Of a stretch of 64,000 nucleotides of DNA, positions 48,539 through 57,955 are shown in pieces; position 1 is the first letter of the stretch, and every line of letters starts with the position of its first letter. Under the pieces are notes generated by a model. That model made no database searches. It was not told the origin of the DNA and worked only from the letters and a program-made list of their open reading frames with translations. The position numbers and the translations under genes are program-made. Source of the stretch: Opitutia bacterium (GTDB lineage Bacteria > Verrucomicrobiota > Verrucomicrobiia > Opitutales > T3Sed10-336); NCBI GenBank assembly GCA_050506795.1, contig JBJHCF010000005.1:32001-96000 (forward strand), read 5' to 3'.

Positions 48539-49120
48539 CTAGATCTTGGTGACGATTTCGTCGGCCAAACCGTATTCGATCGCTTCGTTGGCGTTCAGGT
48601 AGAAGTCCCGGTCCGTGTCCTTGGTGATCTTTTCCAGGGGTTGGCCGGAGGCTTCCGACAGGATCTTGTTCAGCTCGGCGCGGAGTTTTTCCATCTCCGT
48701 GGCCTGGATGTTGATATCCACCGCCGGAGCCACCATGCGGCCCGCCAGCAGCGGTTGATGGATAAGCACCCGGGAGTGGGGGAATACATAGCGGCGGCCT
48801 TTCGGGGCGGCGCAGAGGAGGATCGAACCCATACTGGCGGCCATTCCGGTCACCACCACACTGATCGGGGAGCTGATCAATTGGAGGGTGTCGTAAATCG
48901 CCATACCCGAAGTGATCGAACCTCCCGGCGTGTCGATGTAGAAAGTGATGTCCTTACCCGGATCCGTGGCTTCCAAGTACAAAAGCTTCTCCACGGTCTC
49001 CTTGCCGCTCTCGCCGTTGACCTCTCCCCAGAGGAATACCTTCCTCTGTTCGAGGAACTTCTTTTCCATGAGAATCTGAACCGAATCCCGTGGTGCGTTA
49101 TCTTCCTTTTTTTCAGGCAT
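48539..49120 (-). CDS. clpP: ATP-dependent Clp protease proteolytic subunit
   Basis: YIDTPGG, AASMG, IHQP, DRDFYL. Confidence 0.96.
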   Translation of the reverse strand: MPEKKEDNAPRDSVQILMEKKFLEQRKVFLWGEVNGESGKETVEKLLYLEATDPGKDITFYIDTPGGSITSGMAIYDTLQLISSPISVVVTGMAASMGSILLCAAPKGRRYVFPHSRVLIHQPLLAGRMVAPAVDINIQATEMEKLRAELNKILSEASGQPLEKITKDTDRDFYLNANEAIEYGLADEIVTKI

Positions 49121-49232
49121 AATTGTGCCCAGTTAAATGGGGAACACACCCAAGCGCAAGTGTGATGCGAGAATTCAAATGAACATTGACGCGGCCCGCG
49201 ACTGCGCTGAAAATTATCTCCGGTTAACGCTT

Positions 49233-49307
49233 GTCCCCGTAGTTCAAAGGATAGAACCGCGGTTTCCTAAACCGTTAATCCCAGTTCGAGTCTGGGCGGG
49301 GGCACCA
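49233..49307 (+). tRNA. tRNA-Arg (anticodon CCT)
   Basis: Cloverleaf: GTCCCCG acceptor, TAGTTCAAAGGATAGAAC D-arm, GCGGT-TTCCTAA-ACCGT anticodon arm, GTTCGAG T-loop, encoded CCA. Confidence 0.95.
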
Positions 49308-49500
49308 GAATTAACCCCGACTGATTGACCGTAAGGCTCCGTTTACAGAGGCGCACGGATCAATTAGCGGATGACTATCAAAACTTTACCTTGGTCGAGG
49401 CGTTGCCCGAAAACCCTTGCTCCTTCGATGCCCTTGACTTACGAATTTTCGTCGACACTCGTGCCCCGATTCCGGCCGAGCCCCTTTCCGATCTCGAACA

Positions 49501-52281
49501 ATGGTCAACCAGAATCCCGAACAAGTCGCCCGCGACAAGATCGACCGCCAGCTTGCCGAGGCCGGTTGGGTGGTTCAGGACAAGCGGTCGATCGACCTGA
49601 ACAAGGGCGTGGGACAGGCGGTGCGGGAGTACACCACAGACGTCGGGCCGGCGGATTACGTCTTGTTTGTGGGCGGGACGCCGGTGGGGGTGGTCGAGGC
49701 GAAAAAGGAAACGCTGGGGCAGAGCATCACGACCGCCGAGGATCAGACGGAGGAATACGCCCATGCCAAGCTAAAATGGGTCAACAACGACGATCCGCTC
49801 CCGTTCCTGTACGAGGCGACGGGAATCCTGACCCGCTTCACCGACGTCCGTGACCCGAAACCCCGCTCACGCGAAGTTTTCACTTTTCACCGTCCCGAAA
49901 TGCTCAAGATCTGGCTGGAGGCCGGAAGTTCTCTCCGCTCCCGAATTCACGAGATGCCTCCGCTCAATCCCGACGGCAAACCCGCCCGGGAACTCGGGCT
50001 GCGTGACTGCCAGGAGCGGGCCATCGTCAACCTGGAACAGTCCCTGAAGGAGAACCGTCCCCGCGCCCTGATCCAGATGGCCACCGGCGCGGGAAAGACG
50101 TTTACCGCGATCACCTCCATTTATCGGTTACTCAAGTTCGCCAAGGCCCGGCGGGTTCTCTTCCTGGTCGATACCCGAAACCTCGGGGAGCAGGCCGAAC
50201 AGGAGTTCATGGCTTACGTCCCCACCGACGACAACCGGAAGTTCACCGAGCTATACAACGTGCAGCGCCTCCGTTCCTCCGCCGTCGTCCCGGATCTGCA
50301 AGTCTGCATCAGCACGATTCAGCGCATGTACTCCATCCTCAAAGGCGAGGAGCTCGACGAGGCCCTGGAGGAAGATCACCCCGCCGAGCACCGGCCCGCG
50401 CGCAAGGAACCGTTTCCAGTGGTTTACAATCCCCGCCTGCCGATCGAGTTCTTCGATTTCATCATCATCGACGAATGCCACCGCTCCATCTACAACCTCT
50501 GGCAGCAGGTGCTCGACTACTTCGACGCCTTCCTGATTGGCCTGACCGCCACCCCCGACAAGCGCACCCACGCGTTCTTCAAGAAGAACCTGGTGAGCGA
50601 GTACGACCACGAGCAGGCGGTTGCCGACGGTGTCAACGTCGGCAACGAGGTGTACGTCATCGAAACCGAAGTCACTGCGGACGGCGGAACCATTCCCGCC
50701 CGGCAATGGGTCGAGAAACGCGAAAAACTCACCCGCGCGCGCCGCTGGGAGCTCCAGGATGAAGAGGAGGATTACGTCGCCTCTCAGCTCGACAGGAAAA
50801 TCGTCAATCCCGATCAGATTCGCACCGTCGTCCGCACCTTCCGTCAAAAACTACCGGAAATTTTCCCCGCACGCGAGGAGGTTCCCAAGACCCTTGTCTT
50901 CGCCAAAACCGACAGCCACGCCGACGACATTATCCAGATCATTCGGGAGGAGTTCGGCGAGGGAAACCAGTTCTGCAAAAAGGTCACCTATCGGAACGAA
51001 GAAGACCCGAAATCCGTGCTCGCCCAGTTCCGCAACGGCTACAACCCCCGGATCGCGGTCACCGTGGACATGATCGCCACCGGGACCGACGTCAAACCGA
51101 TCGAATGCGTCCTCTTCATGCGCGACGTCAAGAGCCGCAATTATTTCGAACAGATGAAAGGCCGCGGCACGCGGGTCCTCGACTTCGACGACCTGAAGAA
51201 AGTGACCCCCTCCGCCCGGAGCGCCAAGACCCACTACGTCATCGTCGATGCGGTCGGCGTCACCAAATCCCGCAAAACCGCCAGCCCACCGCTGATCACC
51301 CGGCCCAGTGTTCCCCTGAAGGACCTCGCCATGAGTGTGATGATGGGAACCCACGACCCCGACACCGTTTCGTCCCTGGCCGGACGCCTGGCGCGCCTCG
51401 AAAAACAACTCGATTCCGGCGAGCAGGCCGTGGTCGCCGAAAAGGCCGGCGGCAAACCTCTCGGCGGCCTGGTCAAGGACCTCTTCAACGCCATCGACCC
51501 CGACAATATCGAGGCCCGCGCCTGCGAACTCGCGAATCAGCCTCCCGGCACCAATCCCGGCGACGCCAACCGCGACAAGGCCCGGGCTGAGATGGTGAAA
51601 GAGGCCGCCAACGTCCTGACCGGAGATTTCATCAACACCATCGACGGAATCCGCCGCGAAAAGGAGCAGACCATCGACCACGACAACCTCGACCGCCTCC
51701 TCCGCGCCGAGTGGGACCAGGAAGCCCGGGAGAACGCCGAAAACATCGCCCGGGAATTCGCTGAATACCTCGAACGCAACAAAGACGGTTTCGCCGCCCT
51801 GACTCTCTTTTACGACCAGCCCTACCGCCGCCGGGAAGTGACCTACGAAATGGTCAACGAACTCCTCGAGAAGCTCAAAACCGACGCCCCGAAGCTCGCC
51901 CCGCTCCGCGTCTGGCAGGCGTACGGGCAGATTGAGAATACACGCAAAACGCCCCACAGCGAATTGACCGCCCTCGTCGCGCTTATCCGCCGCGTCTGCG
52001 GTATCGACGAAACCCTGACGCCCTTCGGCGACACCGTCCGCCGCAACTTCCAGGAATGGGTCCTCCAGCGCCACGCCGGCAACACCGAAAAATTCAACGA
52101 AGAACAAATGCACTGGCTCCAACTCATCCGCGACCACGTCAGCACCAGCCTGCACTTCGAACGCGACGACCTCGACTACGCCCCCTTCGACAGCAAAGGC
52201 GGCCTCGCCCGCATGCACGACCTCTTCGGCGATGAGATGGATGAGCTGATCGATGAATTGAATGGGGCTTTGGTGGGATGA
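49501..52281 (+). CDS. hsdR: Type I restriction endonuclease subunit R (EcoEI-like C-terminus)
   Basis: GPADYVLF..VEAKK nuclease, MATGAGKT, DECH, TATP, QMKGRGTR. Confidence 0.93.
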   Translation: MVNQNPEQVARDKIDRQLAEAGWVVQDKRSIDLNKGVGQAVREYTTDVGPADYVLFVGGTPVGVVEAKKETLGQSITTAEDQTEEYAHAKLKWVNNDDPLPFLYEATGILTRFTDVRDPKPRSREVFTFHRPEMLKIWLEAGSSLRSRIHEMPPLNPDGKPARELGLRDCQERAIVNLEQSLKENRPRALIQMATGAGKTFTAITSIYRLLKFAKARRVLFLVDTRNLGEQAEQEFMAYVPTDDNRKFTELYNVQRLRSSAVVPDLQVCISTIQRMYSILKGEELDEALEEDHPAEHRPARKEPFPVVYNPRLPIEFFDFIIIDECHRSIYNLWQQVLDYFDAFLIGLTATPDKRTHAFFKKNLVSEYDHEQAVADGVNVGNEVYVIETEVTADGGTIPARQWVEKREKLTRARRWELQDEEEDYVASQLDRKIVNPDQIRTVVRTFRQKLPEIFPAREEVPKTLVFAKTDSHADDIIQIIREEFGEGNQFCKKVTYRNEEDPKSVLAQFRNGYNPRIAVTVDMIATGTDVKPIECVLFMRDVKSRNYFEQMKGRGTRVLDFDDLKKVTPSARSAKTHYVIVDAVGVTKSRKTASPPLITRPSVPLKDLAMSVMMGTHDPDTVSSLAGRLARLEKQLDSGEQAVVAEKAGGKPLGGLVKDLFNAIDPDNIEARACELANQPPGTNPGDANRDKARAEMVKEAANVLTGDFINTIDGIRREKEQTIDHDNLDRLLRAEWDQEARENAENIAREFAEYLERNKDGFAALTLFYDQPYRRREVTYEMVNELLEKLKTDAPKLAPLRVWQAYGQIENTRKTPHSELTALVALIRRVCGIDETLTPFGDTVRRNFQEWVLQRHAGNTEKFNEEQMHWLQLIRDHVSTSLHFERDDLDYAPFDSKGGLARMHDLFGDEMDELIDELNGALVG

Positions 52282-53900
52282 GCGGGAAGGTAGAAGGAAG
52301 AAGGATGAAGGAAGAAGTGCCGGAGGGGTGGGTCTTATGCAAATTGTCGGATATCGGAGATATCGTAGCAGGAGGGACTCCATCTCGAAATGAACCATCC
52401 TTTTGGGGCGGCGATGTGCCATGGATATGCCCTTCGGACCTAACGGGCTATAAGTTCAAATACATCTCGAAAGGAAAGAGTTCATTGACAAATCATGGAC
52501 TTACCAAGAGTTCTGCAAAGTTGATGCCGAAAGGGAGCGTTCATTTTTCATCAAGAGCTCCTATTGGATATGTCGTAATTTCATCGGTAAACTTATCAAC
52601 GAACCAGGGGTTCAAGAGTTTGGTTCCCGCCAGGGGTGTCTTTAATGAGTATATTTATTATTATCTGAAAGGCTCAAAAGCCAAGGCCGAAGCACTTGCG
52701 ACTGGGACGACATTCAAAGAAATATCAGGGTCTGCTTTTAGCCGCTTTCCCTGTGCTCTCCCTCCCCTCAACGAACAACAGCGAATTGTCGCTAAAATCG
52801 AAGAGCTCTTCTCCGAACTGGATGCGGCGGCGGCGAGTTTCAAGCAGGCGCGGAAGCAACTCGGTGCTTACCGGCAGTCCCTGCTCAAACGGGCCTTCGA
52901 AGGCAAGCTGACCGAACAGTGGAGATCCGAAAACGCCGACAAGCTGGAGTCCGCCGAAGAACTCCTGGAACGCATCCGGAAGGAACGTGAAGCGCGGTAC
53001 CAACAACAACTCGCCGACTGGCAGGCTGCGGTCAAGGAGTGGGAGGCTTCCGGGAAGAAAGGGAAGAATCCCGCCAAACCCCGTGCGCTTAAATCATCTC
53101 AGCCGATCACGGCAGATGAGCTTGCCGAGTTGCCAAGATTACCGGAGGGGTGGGCTCAGGCAAGGCTGGGTGAAGTTATTGACGGTATCGATGCAGGAAA
53201 AAGTTTTGCGTGCGACGAGAGAATCCCCTCCGACGGAGAGGTTGGTGTAGCGAAAGTAAGTGCTGTGACTTGGGGCGAATACAACGAGCTGGAAAGCAAG
53301 ACATGCCTAGATAAAGCAAAGGAGAATTCTGAATACCTGATACGTGAGGGTGATTTTCTCCTCAGTCGCGCAAATACCATCGATCTCGTTGGGGCCTGTG
53401 TCATTGCTAAGAATGTGACTAAACGGATCATGCTTAGTGATAAAACACTGAGGATCCGATTTTCGGGAATTTGTCGTCAGTTTATTCTGCTATATCTACG
53501 CAGCCGGGTTGGCAGACTCGAAATCATGAAGCGTTCGACCGGAAATCAGGAGTCGATGCGTAATATTGGTCAGGACCGTGTTTCAGCGATCATATTCCCC
53601 CTCTGTTCCCTTTTCGAACAAAACGAAATCGTCCGCATCCTCGACGAGCAATTCGAAGCCATCGAACAGAACGAGAAGGAAATCGATTCCGCGCTGAAAA
53701 GGATAGAGGCGCTCCGGCAGTCCGTCCTTAAAAAGGCTTTTTCGGGAAAACTCGTTCCTCAGGATCCGAACGACGAGCCGGCGAGTGTTCTCCTGGAGCG
53801 GATTCGGGAGGAGCGGCGGTCCGCGGAGGGGGCGCGTGTTGGAAACCGGACGAAGCGGCGCGCGAAAGCCGCGTCCAAACCGGCGGGAGCGATGGGATGA
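52278..53900 (+). CDS. hsdS: Type I R-M specificity subunit
   Basis: VPEGW/LPEGW, LPPLNEQQRIV, RQSLLKRAFEGKL, LVPQDPNDEPAS; two AT-richer target recognition domains. Confidence 0.93.
   Translation: MSGKVEGRRMKEEVPEGWVLCKLSDIGDIVAGGTPSRNEPSFWGGDVPWICPSDLTGYKFKYISKGKSSLTNHGLTKSSAKLMPKGSVHFSSRAPIGYVVISSVNLSTNQGFKSLVPARGVFNEYIYYYLKGSKAKAEALATGTTFKEISGSAFSRFPCALPPLNEQQRIVAKIEELFSELDAAAASFKQARKQLGAYRQSLLKRAFEGKLTEQWRSENADKLESAEELLERIRKEREARYQQQLADWQAAVKEWEASGKKGKNPAKPRALKSSQPITADELAELPRLPEGWAQARLGEVIDGIDAGKSFACDERIPSDGEVGVAKVSAVTWGEYNELESKTCLDKAKENSEYLIREGDFLLSRANTIDLVGACVIAKNVTKRIMLSDKTLRIRFSGICRQFILLYLRSRVGRLEIMKRSTGNQESMRNIGQDRVSAIIFPLCSLFEQNEIVRILDEQFEAIEQNEKEIDSALKRIEALRQSVLKKAFSGKLVPQDPNDEPASVLLERIREERRSAEGARVGNRTKRRAKAASKPAGAMG
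52286..52316 (+). repeat. Heptamer repeat GAAGGWW, four copies, at the hsdS 5' end
   Basis: GAAGGTA GAAGGAA GAAGGAT GAAGGAA GAA. Confidence 0.8.
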
Positions 53901-54148
53901 GCGATTTGGTTTACACGGAACACGCCAAGGAGCGCATGGCCCGGCGGGGGATTGCCGAAGACTGGGTGGAGCGGACTGTGAGCGACCCGGTCCGCATCGA
54001 AGCCGATCCGGTGGATGAGGCTCTGGAGCACCGGCTAGCCGTGATCCCGGAATTCGACAATCGGGTTTTGCGCGTTATCCTTTCAAAGGAAACGCCGCAT
54101 CGCGTTATTACAGCCTATTTCGACCGCAAATGGAAAGGAAACGTATGA
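53897..54148 (+). CDS. DUF4258-like (RelE-fold) putative toxin
   Basis: YTEHAKERMARRGI...VLRVI..VITAYFDR. Confidence 0.8.
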   Translation: MSDLVYTEHAKERMARRGIAEDWVERTVSDPVRIEADPVDEALEHRLAVIPEFDNRVLRVILSKETPHRVITAYFDRKWKGNV

Positions 54149-54351
54149 AAGTCACGATCGACCGCAAAGCGGACGCCCTCTACCTGAACCTCGAAGACGC
54201 ACCCGCTGCCAGGACCGAGGAAATCTCACCGGGAATTCTCCTGGACTACAACGAGGCCGGCCAGGTGGTCGGCATCGAAATGCTGCACCTTTCGAAACGG
54301 ACCAACCCCGCCGGTCTTGCCCGGATGCAATTGGAAAATCTTGAAGCGTAA
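54145..54351 (+). CDS. DUF2283-like putative antitoxin
   Basis: MKVTIDRKADALYL..EEISPGILLDY...VVGIE; ATGA overlap with the upstream gene. Confidence 0.85.
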   Translation: MKVTIDRKADALYLNLEDAPAARTEEISPGILLDYNEAGQVVGIEMLHLSKRTNPAGLARMQLENLEA

Positions 54352-54360
54352 GTTGAGTTG

Positions 54361-54477
54361 ATGCCTGTTCCATCTCCAGTCGCTCCCAATCCGGCGGTGC
54401 TCCTGTGGGCGCGGAGGGAAAGCGGTTATCCCGTCGAGACGGTGGCGAAGCGGCTCCGGGTGAAGCCCGAGAGCTGA
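54361..54477 (+). pseudogene. N-terminal fragment of an XRE-HTH (ImmA/IrrE-fusion type) gene
   Basis: NPAVLLWARRESGYPVETVAKRLRVKPE then stop. Confidence 0.55.
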
Positions 54478-54650
54478 AATCCTGATCATTATCCTATTTG
54501 ATTGGAGCCGGAAGAGAGTGAGCAAAAGTTTCATAAAGTATTATTCAACAGCGACATGCTTATTTGATGGTTATTTGATTCTGCCTTGATCCAGGATTTG
54601 AATCGCCTGGAGATGGGTCAAATCGCCCTGTTTTACAAAAGTTAACTAAA

Positions 54651-56153
54651 ATGACCACCGATTCCATCGTTTCCAAAGTCTGGAGCTTCTGCACGACCCT
54701 TCGGGATGACGGGGTGAGTTACGGGGATTATCTCGAACAGCTCACCTACCTGATCTTCCTCAAGATGGCCGACGAGTACAGCCGGGCGCCCTACAATCGG
54801 GAGGTCGGCATTCCGAAGAAGTATGGCTGGCCCGCCCTGCGGAACCTGAAGGGGGCGGAATTGGAGACGCGTTACGTCGAGACTCTCCGGGAGTTGGGAA
54901 CCCGGAAGGGGCTTCTCGGGCAGATTTTCACCAAGGCCCAGAACAAGATCCAGGACCCGGCCAAGCTGTCCCGGCTGATCGAGATGGTGGACAGCACCAA
55001 GTGGGTGGTCATGGGGGCCGACACCAAGGGAGACATTTACGAAGGGCTCCTCGAACGGAACGCCGAGGACACCAAGTCCGGCGCCGGACAGTACTTCACT
55101 CCGCGCGCCCTCATCCGGGCCATGGTTGAATGCGTCGCCCCCGAGCCCGGAAAAACCATCGCCGATCCGGCCTGCGGGACCGGCGGCTTTTTCCTGGCGG
55201 CTTACGACTACCTCGTCTCCCACCACAACCTCGACCGCAACCAGAAGAAGTTCCTGAAGCACAAATGTTTTTCCGGCAATGAGATCGTGGCTAATACCCG
55301 GCGTCTTTGCCTGATGAACCTCTTCCTTCACAATATCGGGGAGATCGACGGCGAAAGTCTGGTGTCACCCGCCGACGCCCTCGTCGCGGACACGGGCGCC
55401 CGTTTCGATTACGTGCTGGCCAATCCGCCCTTCGGGAAGAAGAGCAGCATGACCTTCACCAACGAAGAGGGGGAACAGGAGCGGGACGAACTCACCTACA
55501 ATCGTCAGGACTTCTGGGCGACCACTTCCAACAAACAGGTCAACTTCCTCCAGCACATCCGCACGATGCTCAAGACGACCGGCGAAGCCGCCGTTGTCAT
55601 GCCGGACAACGTCCTCTTCGAAGGCGGCGCGGGAGAAACCGTCCGGAAGAAACTGCTCGAAACCACCGACCTCCACACCATCCTCCGCCTCCCAACCGGG
55701 ATTTTTTACGCCAACGGCGTCAAGGCGAACGTCCTGTTCTTCGAAAACCATCCCGCCAGCAAAGACCCCTGGACCAGGGAAGTCTGGTACTACGACTACC
55801 GCACCAACGTCCACCACACCCTCAAGCGCAAAACCATGCGCTTCGAAGACCTCCAGGACTTCATCCGGTGTTTCAATCCAAACAACCGCCACAAACGCAA
55901 AGAAACCTGGCATCCCGAGAAAAACCCGGCCGGCCGCTGGCGCAAGTTCAGCTACGAAGAAATCATCTCCCGCGACAAAACCAGCCTCGACATCTTCTGG
56001 CTCAAAGACGACAGCCTCGCCGACCTCGACAACCTCCCCGACCCCGAAATCCTCGCCCAGGAAATCATCGACAACGTGGAATCGGGGTTGGAGAATTTGA
56101 GGACTGTGGCGGCGAGATTGAGTGGCTCCGGGCAAGCGGCGGCACCACTGTGA
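54651..56153 (+). CDS. hsdM: Type I R-M N6-adenine methyltransferase
   Basis: GAGQYFTPR, DPACGTGGF, ANPPF, LRLPTGIFY. Confidence 0.95.
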   Translation: MTTDSIVSKVWSFCTTLRDDGVSYGDYLEQLTYLIFLKMADEYSRAPYNREVGIPKKYGWPALRNLKGAELETRYVETLRELGTRKGLLGQIFTKAQNKIQDPAKLSRLIEMVDSTKWVVMGADTKGDIYEGLLERNAEDTKSGAGQYFTPRALIRAMVECVAPEPGKTIADPACGTGGFFLAAYDYLVSHHNLDRNQKKFLKHKCFSGNEIVANTRRLCLMNLFLHNIGEIDGESLVSPADALVADTGARFDYVLANPPFGKKSSMTFTNEEGEQERDELTYNRQDFWATTSNKQVNFLQHIRTMLKTTGEAAVVMPDNVLFEGGAGETVRKKLLETTDLHTILRLPTGIFYANGVKANVLFFENHPASKDPWTREVWYYDYRTNVHHTLKRKTMRFEDLQDFIRCFNPNNRHKRKETWHPEKNPAGRWRKFSYEEIISRDKTSLDIFWLKDDSLADLDNLPDPEILAQEIIDNVESGLENLRTVAARLSGSGQAAAPL

Positions 56154-56283
56154 TCCCTGAGGCGACGAGAGAAATGAAATCGAAATCAAGCAGGAAGCCG
56201 AAGATCCGCAAGAAGATTGAATCTTCAGACGGCTTGCTTTTACAGTAAATTGAACTCAAAAATCAGCCAACAATGGAATCAAG

Positions 56284-57297
56284 ATGATTAAGAGCGTTGA
56301 GATCAAGAACTACAGATCGTTTCAAAACGCCACTGTAGAACTGGCCCCCTTTTCATTGCTCATCGGTCCAAACGGAGCCGGTAAGAGCAACTTCCTGAAG
56401 TTTATATCTGATGTAACTGATATTGATCTGCGTGCACGCCGGAACGTACAAGACAAACGCATTCTATTCAGGAAGTCATGGCCAAAGCACATCAATCTTC
56501 GCGATCAGTCCGCTTCGTTCCGAATCACCTGGGACGACGGGTCCGTTTATGAAGGCGATGAGAAGGGTATCGTTGAGGATTCGACGTTTTCCTTCACGCC
56601 TGGAACGATCCGGGTTTTCAATCTTGATCCGGCAGCCATAGCTGGCTCGGAGAAGATCGTGCCCAAAGCGGAAGTCCAAGCGAACGGAAGCGGTACCGCT
56701 CAAGTGCTGGATGTTCTCAAGGGCGGAGATCGCGAGGATCTGTTCAATGCGATCGAAACCAATCTAAAAGCCTGTGTCCCGGAGATCGAGAAACTCAGTT
56801 TGAACTCCACAAAGGAGGGGCAGAAACAAATTCAGGTTCGCGAACGTGGCATCGCCTTACCGGTACCCGCGCACCAGCTCTCCGAGGGGACGCGCTTGAT
56901 CCTTGCGGTCTTGACGATTATTCACCAAGAAAATCCTCCGCCTGTGATTCTATTGGAGGATGTGGATCGCGGTATGCACCCGAGGATCTTCGAAAGCATG
57001 GCGGAGCTGATGGAGAAGATTGCCAGAAAGAGCAATGTCACAATTGTCGCAACCACACACAACCCGTACCTTGTGGATTGTTTTGGCGAAAAACGTGATT
57101 CGGTGATTTTGGTTGAGAAGAAGGATGCCGCGACAGCGCTTTCGACCCTGGAGGAACGCCTTCGCACAATCGATTATACTAACGCCGATGCCGAGGATAT
57201 GCCCCTGGGAAATCTCTGGTTTACCGGATTGGTCGGAGGTGTTCCTGAGTTCCTGAAACCCCGAAAAAGAGATGAAAATCTTATACCTCCTGGCTGA
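56284..57297 (+). CDS. ABC-type (AAA_15/AAA_21-like) ATPase
   Basis: GPNGAGKS, LSEGT signature, ILLEDVDRGMHP, TTHNPY, LWFTGLVGGVP. Confidence 0.88.
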   Translation: MIKSVEIKNYRSFQNATVELAPFSLLIGPNGAGKSNFLKFISDVTDIDLRARRNVQDKRILFRKSWPKHINLRDQSASFRITWDDGSVYEGDEKGIVEDSTFSFTPGTIRVFNLDPAAIAGSEKIVPKAEVQANGSGTAQVLDVLKGGDREDLFNAIETNLKACVPEIEKLSLNSTKEGQKQIQVRERGIALPVPAHQLSEGTRLILAVLTIIHQENPPPVILLEDVDRGMHPRIFESMAELMEKIARKSNVTIVATTHNPYLVDCFGEKRDSVILVEKKDAATALSTLEERLRTIDYTNADAEDMPLGNLWFTGLVGGVPEFLKPRKRDENLIPPG

Positions 57298-57952
57298 ATC
57301 AGACGCCGACGAACTTTTCTTTGAAGCTGTTGCCGAACGAATAACCGGCTTTTCATTTACTCTTGCGGAGTGCCGGGTTCGCAGGAATCAGGGATACGCT
57401 GCTGTCCGCGTAGCGGTTAAGCTGTTTCTTCAGACGATTCAACGCTCGACCGCGGATGGGAATACACACTTTATCATCAGTGTTGATAACGACCGTGCGC
57501 CTCATCGGTGGGAGGACGAGCAGTCCCGTCGCAATCTTTCCTCCAATGACCAGCGAAAGGAAGATAGGTATCAGCGATTTGAGGGTGAGATGCATCGTGT
57601 TCTCGGCGAGGACCGGAGCGCTTGGAATGCGAAAGGAGCCTTGGCCATACCGATTGAGATGGTGGAGGCATGGCTGCTTTTGGCGAATAATCCAGACGAG
57701 TTTGACGACCTACCGCGATTTGCTCGGTCAAGCGATCCGTCCGCACGTCAGTTTTATCGCTCTCATACCCCGCCGCCGCAACTCAAGGATCAGGTGAAGC
57801 TCCTTATGGCGGAGCGGAACTGCTCAAGTCGTCCGGAGTTTTTCGTTGATTGTGCCCATGAGTTGAATCCTGAACAACTCGCGGAGCGGTCACCCAGTTT
57901 CCGCTATTTTCACGACCAACTCAGAGGTTGGGTCGAACAAGATTACGATTGA
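57272..57952 (+). CDS. TOPRIM-like (DUF4276/RloB-like) partner protein
   Basis: LLAESDAD, ISVDND, IEMVEAWLL, RSPSF; overlaps the ATPase gene by 26 bp. Confidence 0.6.
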   Translation: MKILYLLAESDADELFFEAVAERITGFSFTLAECRVRRNQGYAAVRVAVKLFLQTIQRSTADGNTHFIISVDNDRAPHRWEDEQSRRNLSSNDQRKEDRYQRFEGEMHRVLGEDRSAWNAKGALAIPIEMVEAWLLLANNPDEFDDLPRFARSSDPSARQFYRSHTPPPQLKDQVKLLMAERNCSSRPEFFVDCAHELNPEQLAERSPSFRYFHDQLRGWVEQDYD

Positions 57953-57955
57953 GCC

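Noticed and set aside
55307..56248. 313-aa overlapping plus-strand ORF in hsdM
   Set aside because: Arg/Pro-rich off-frame translation of hsdM
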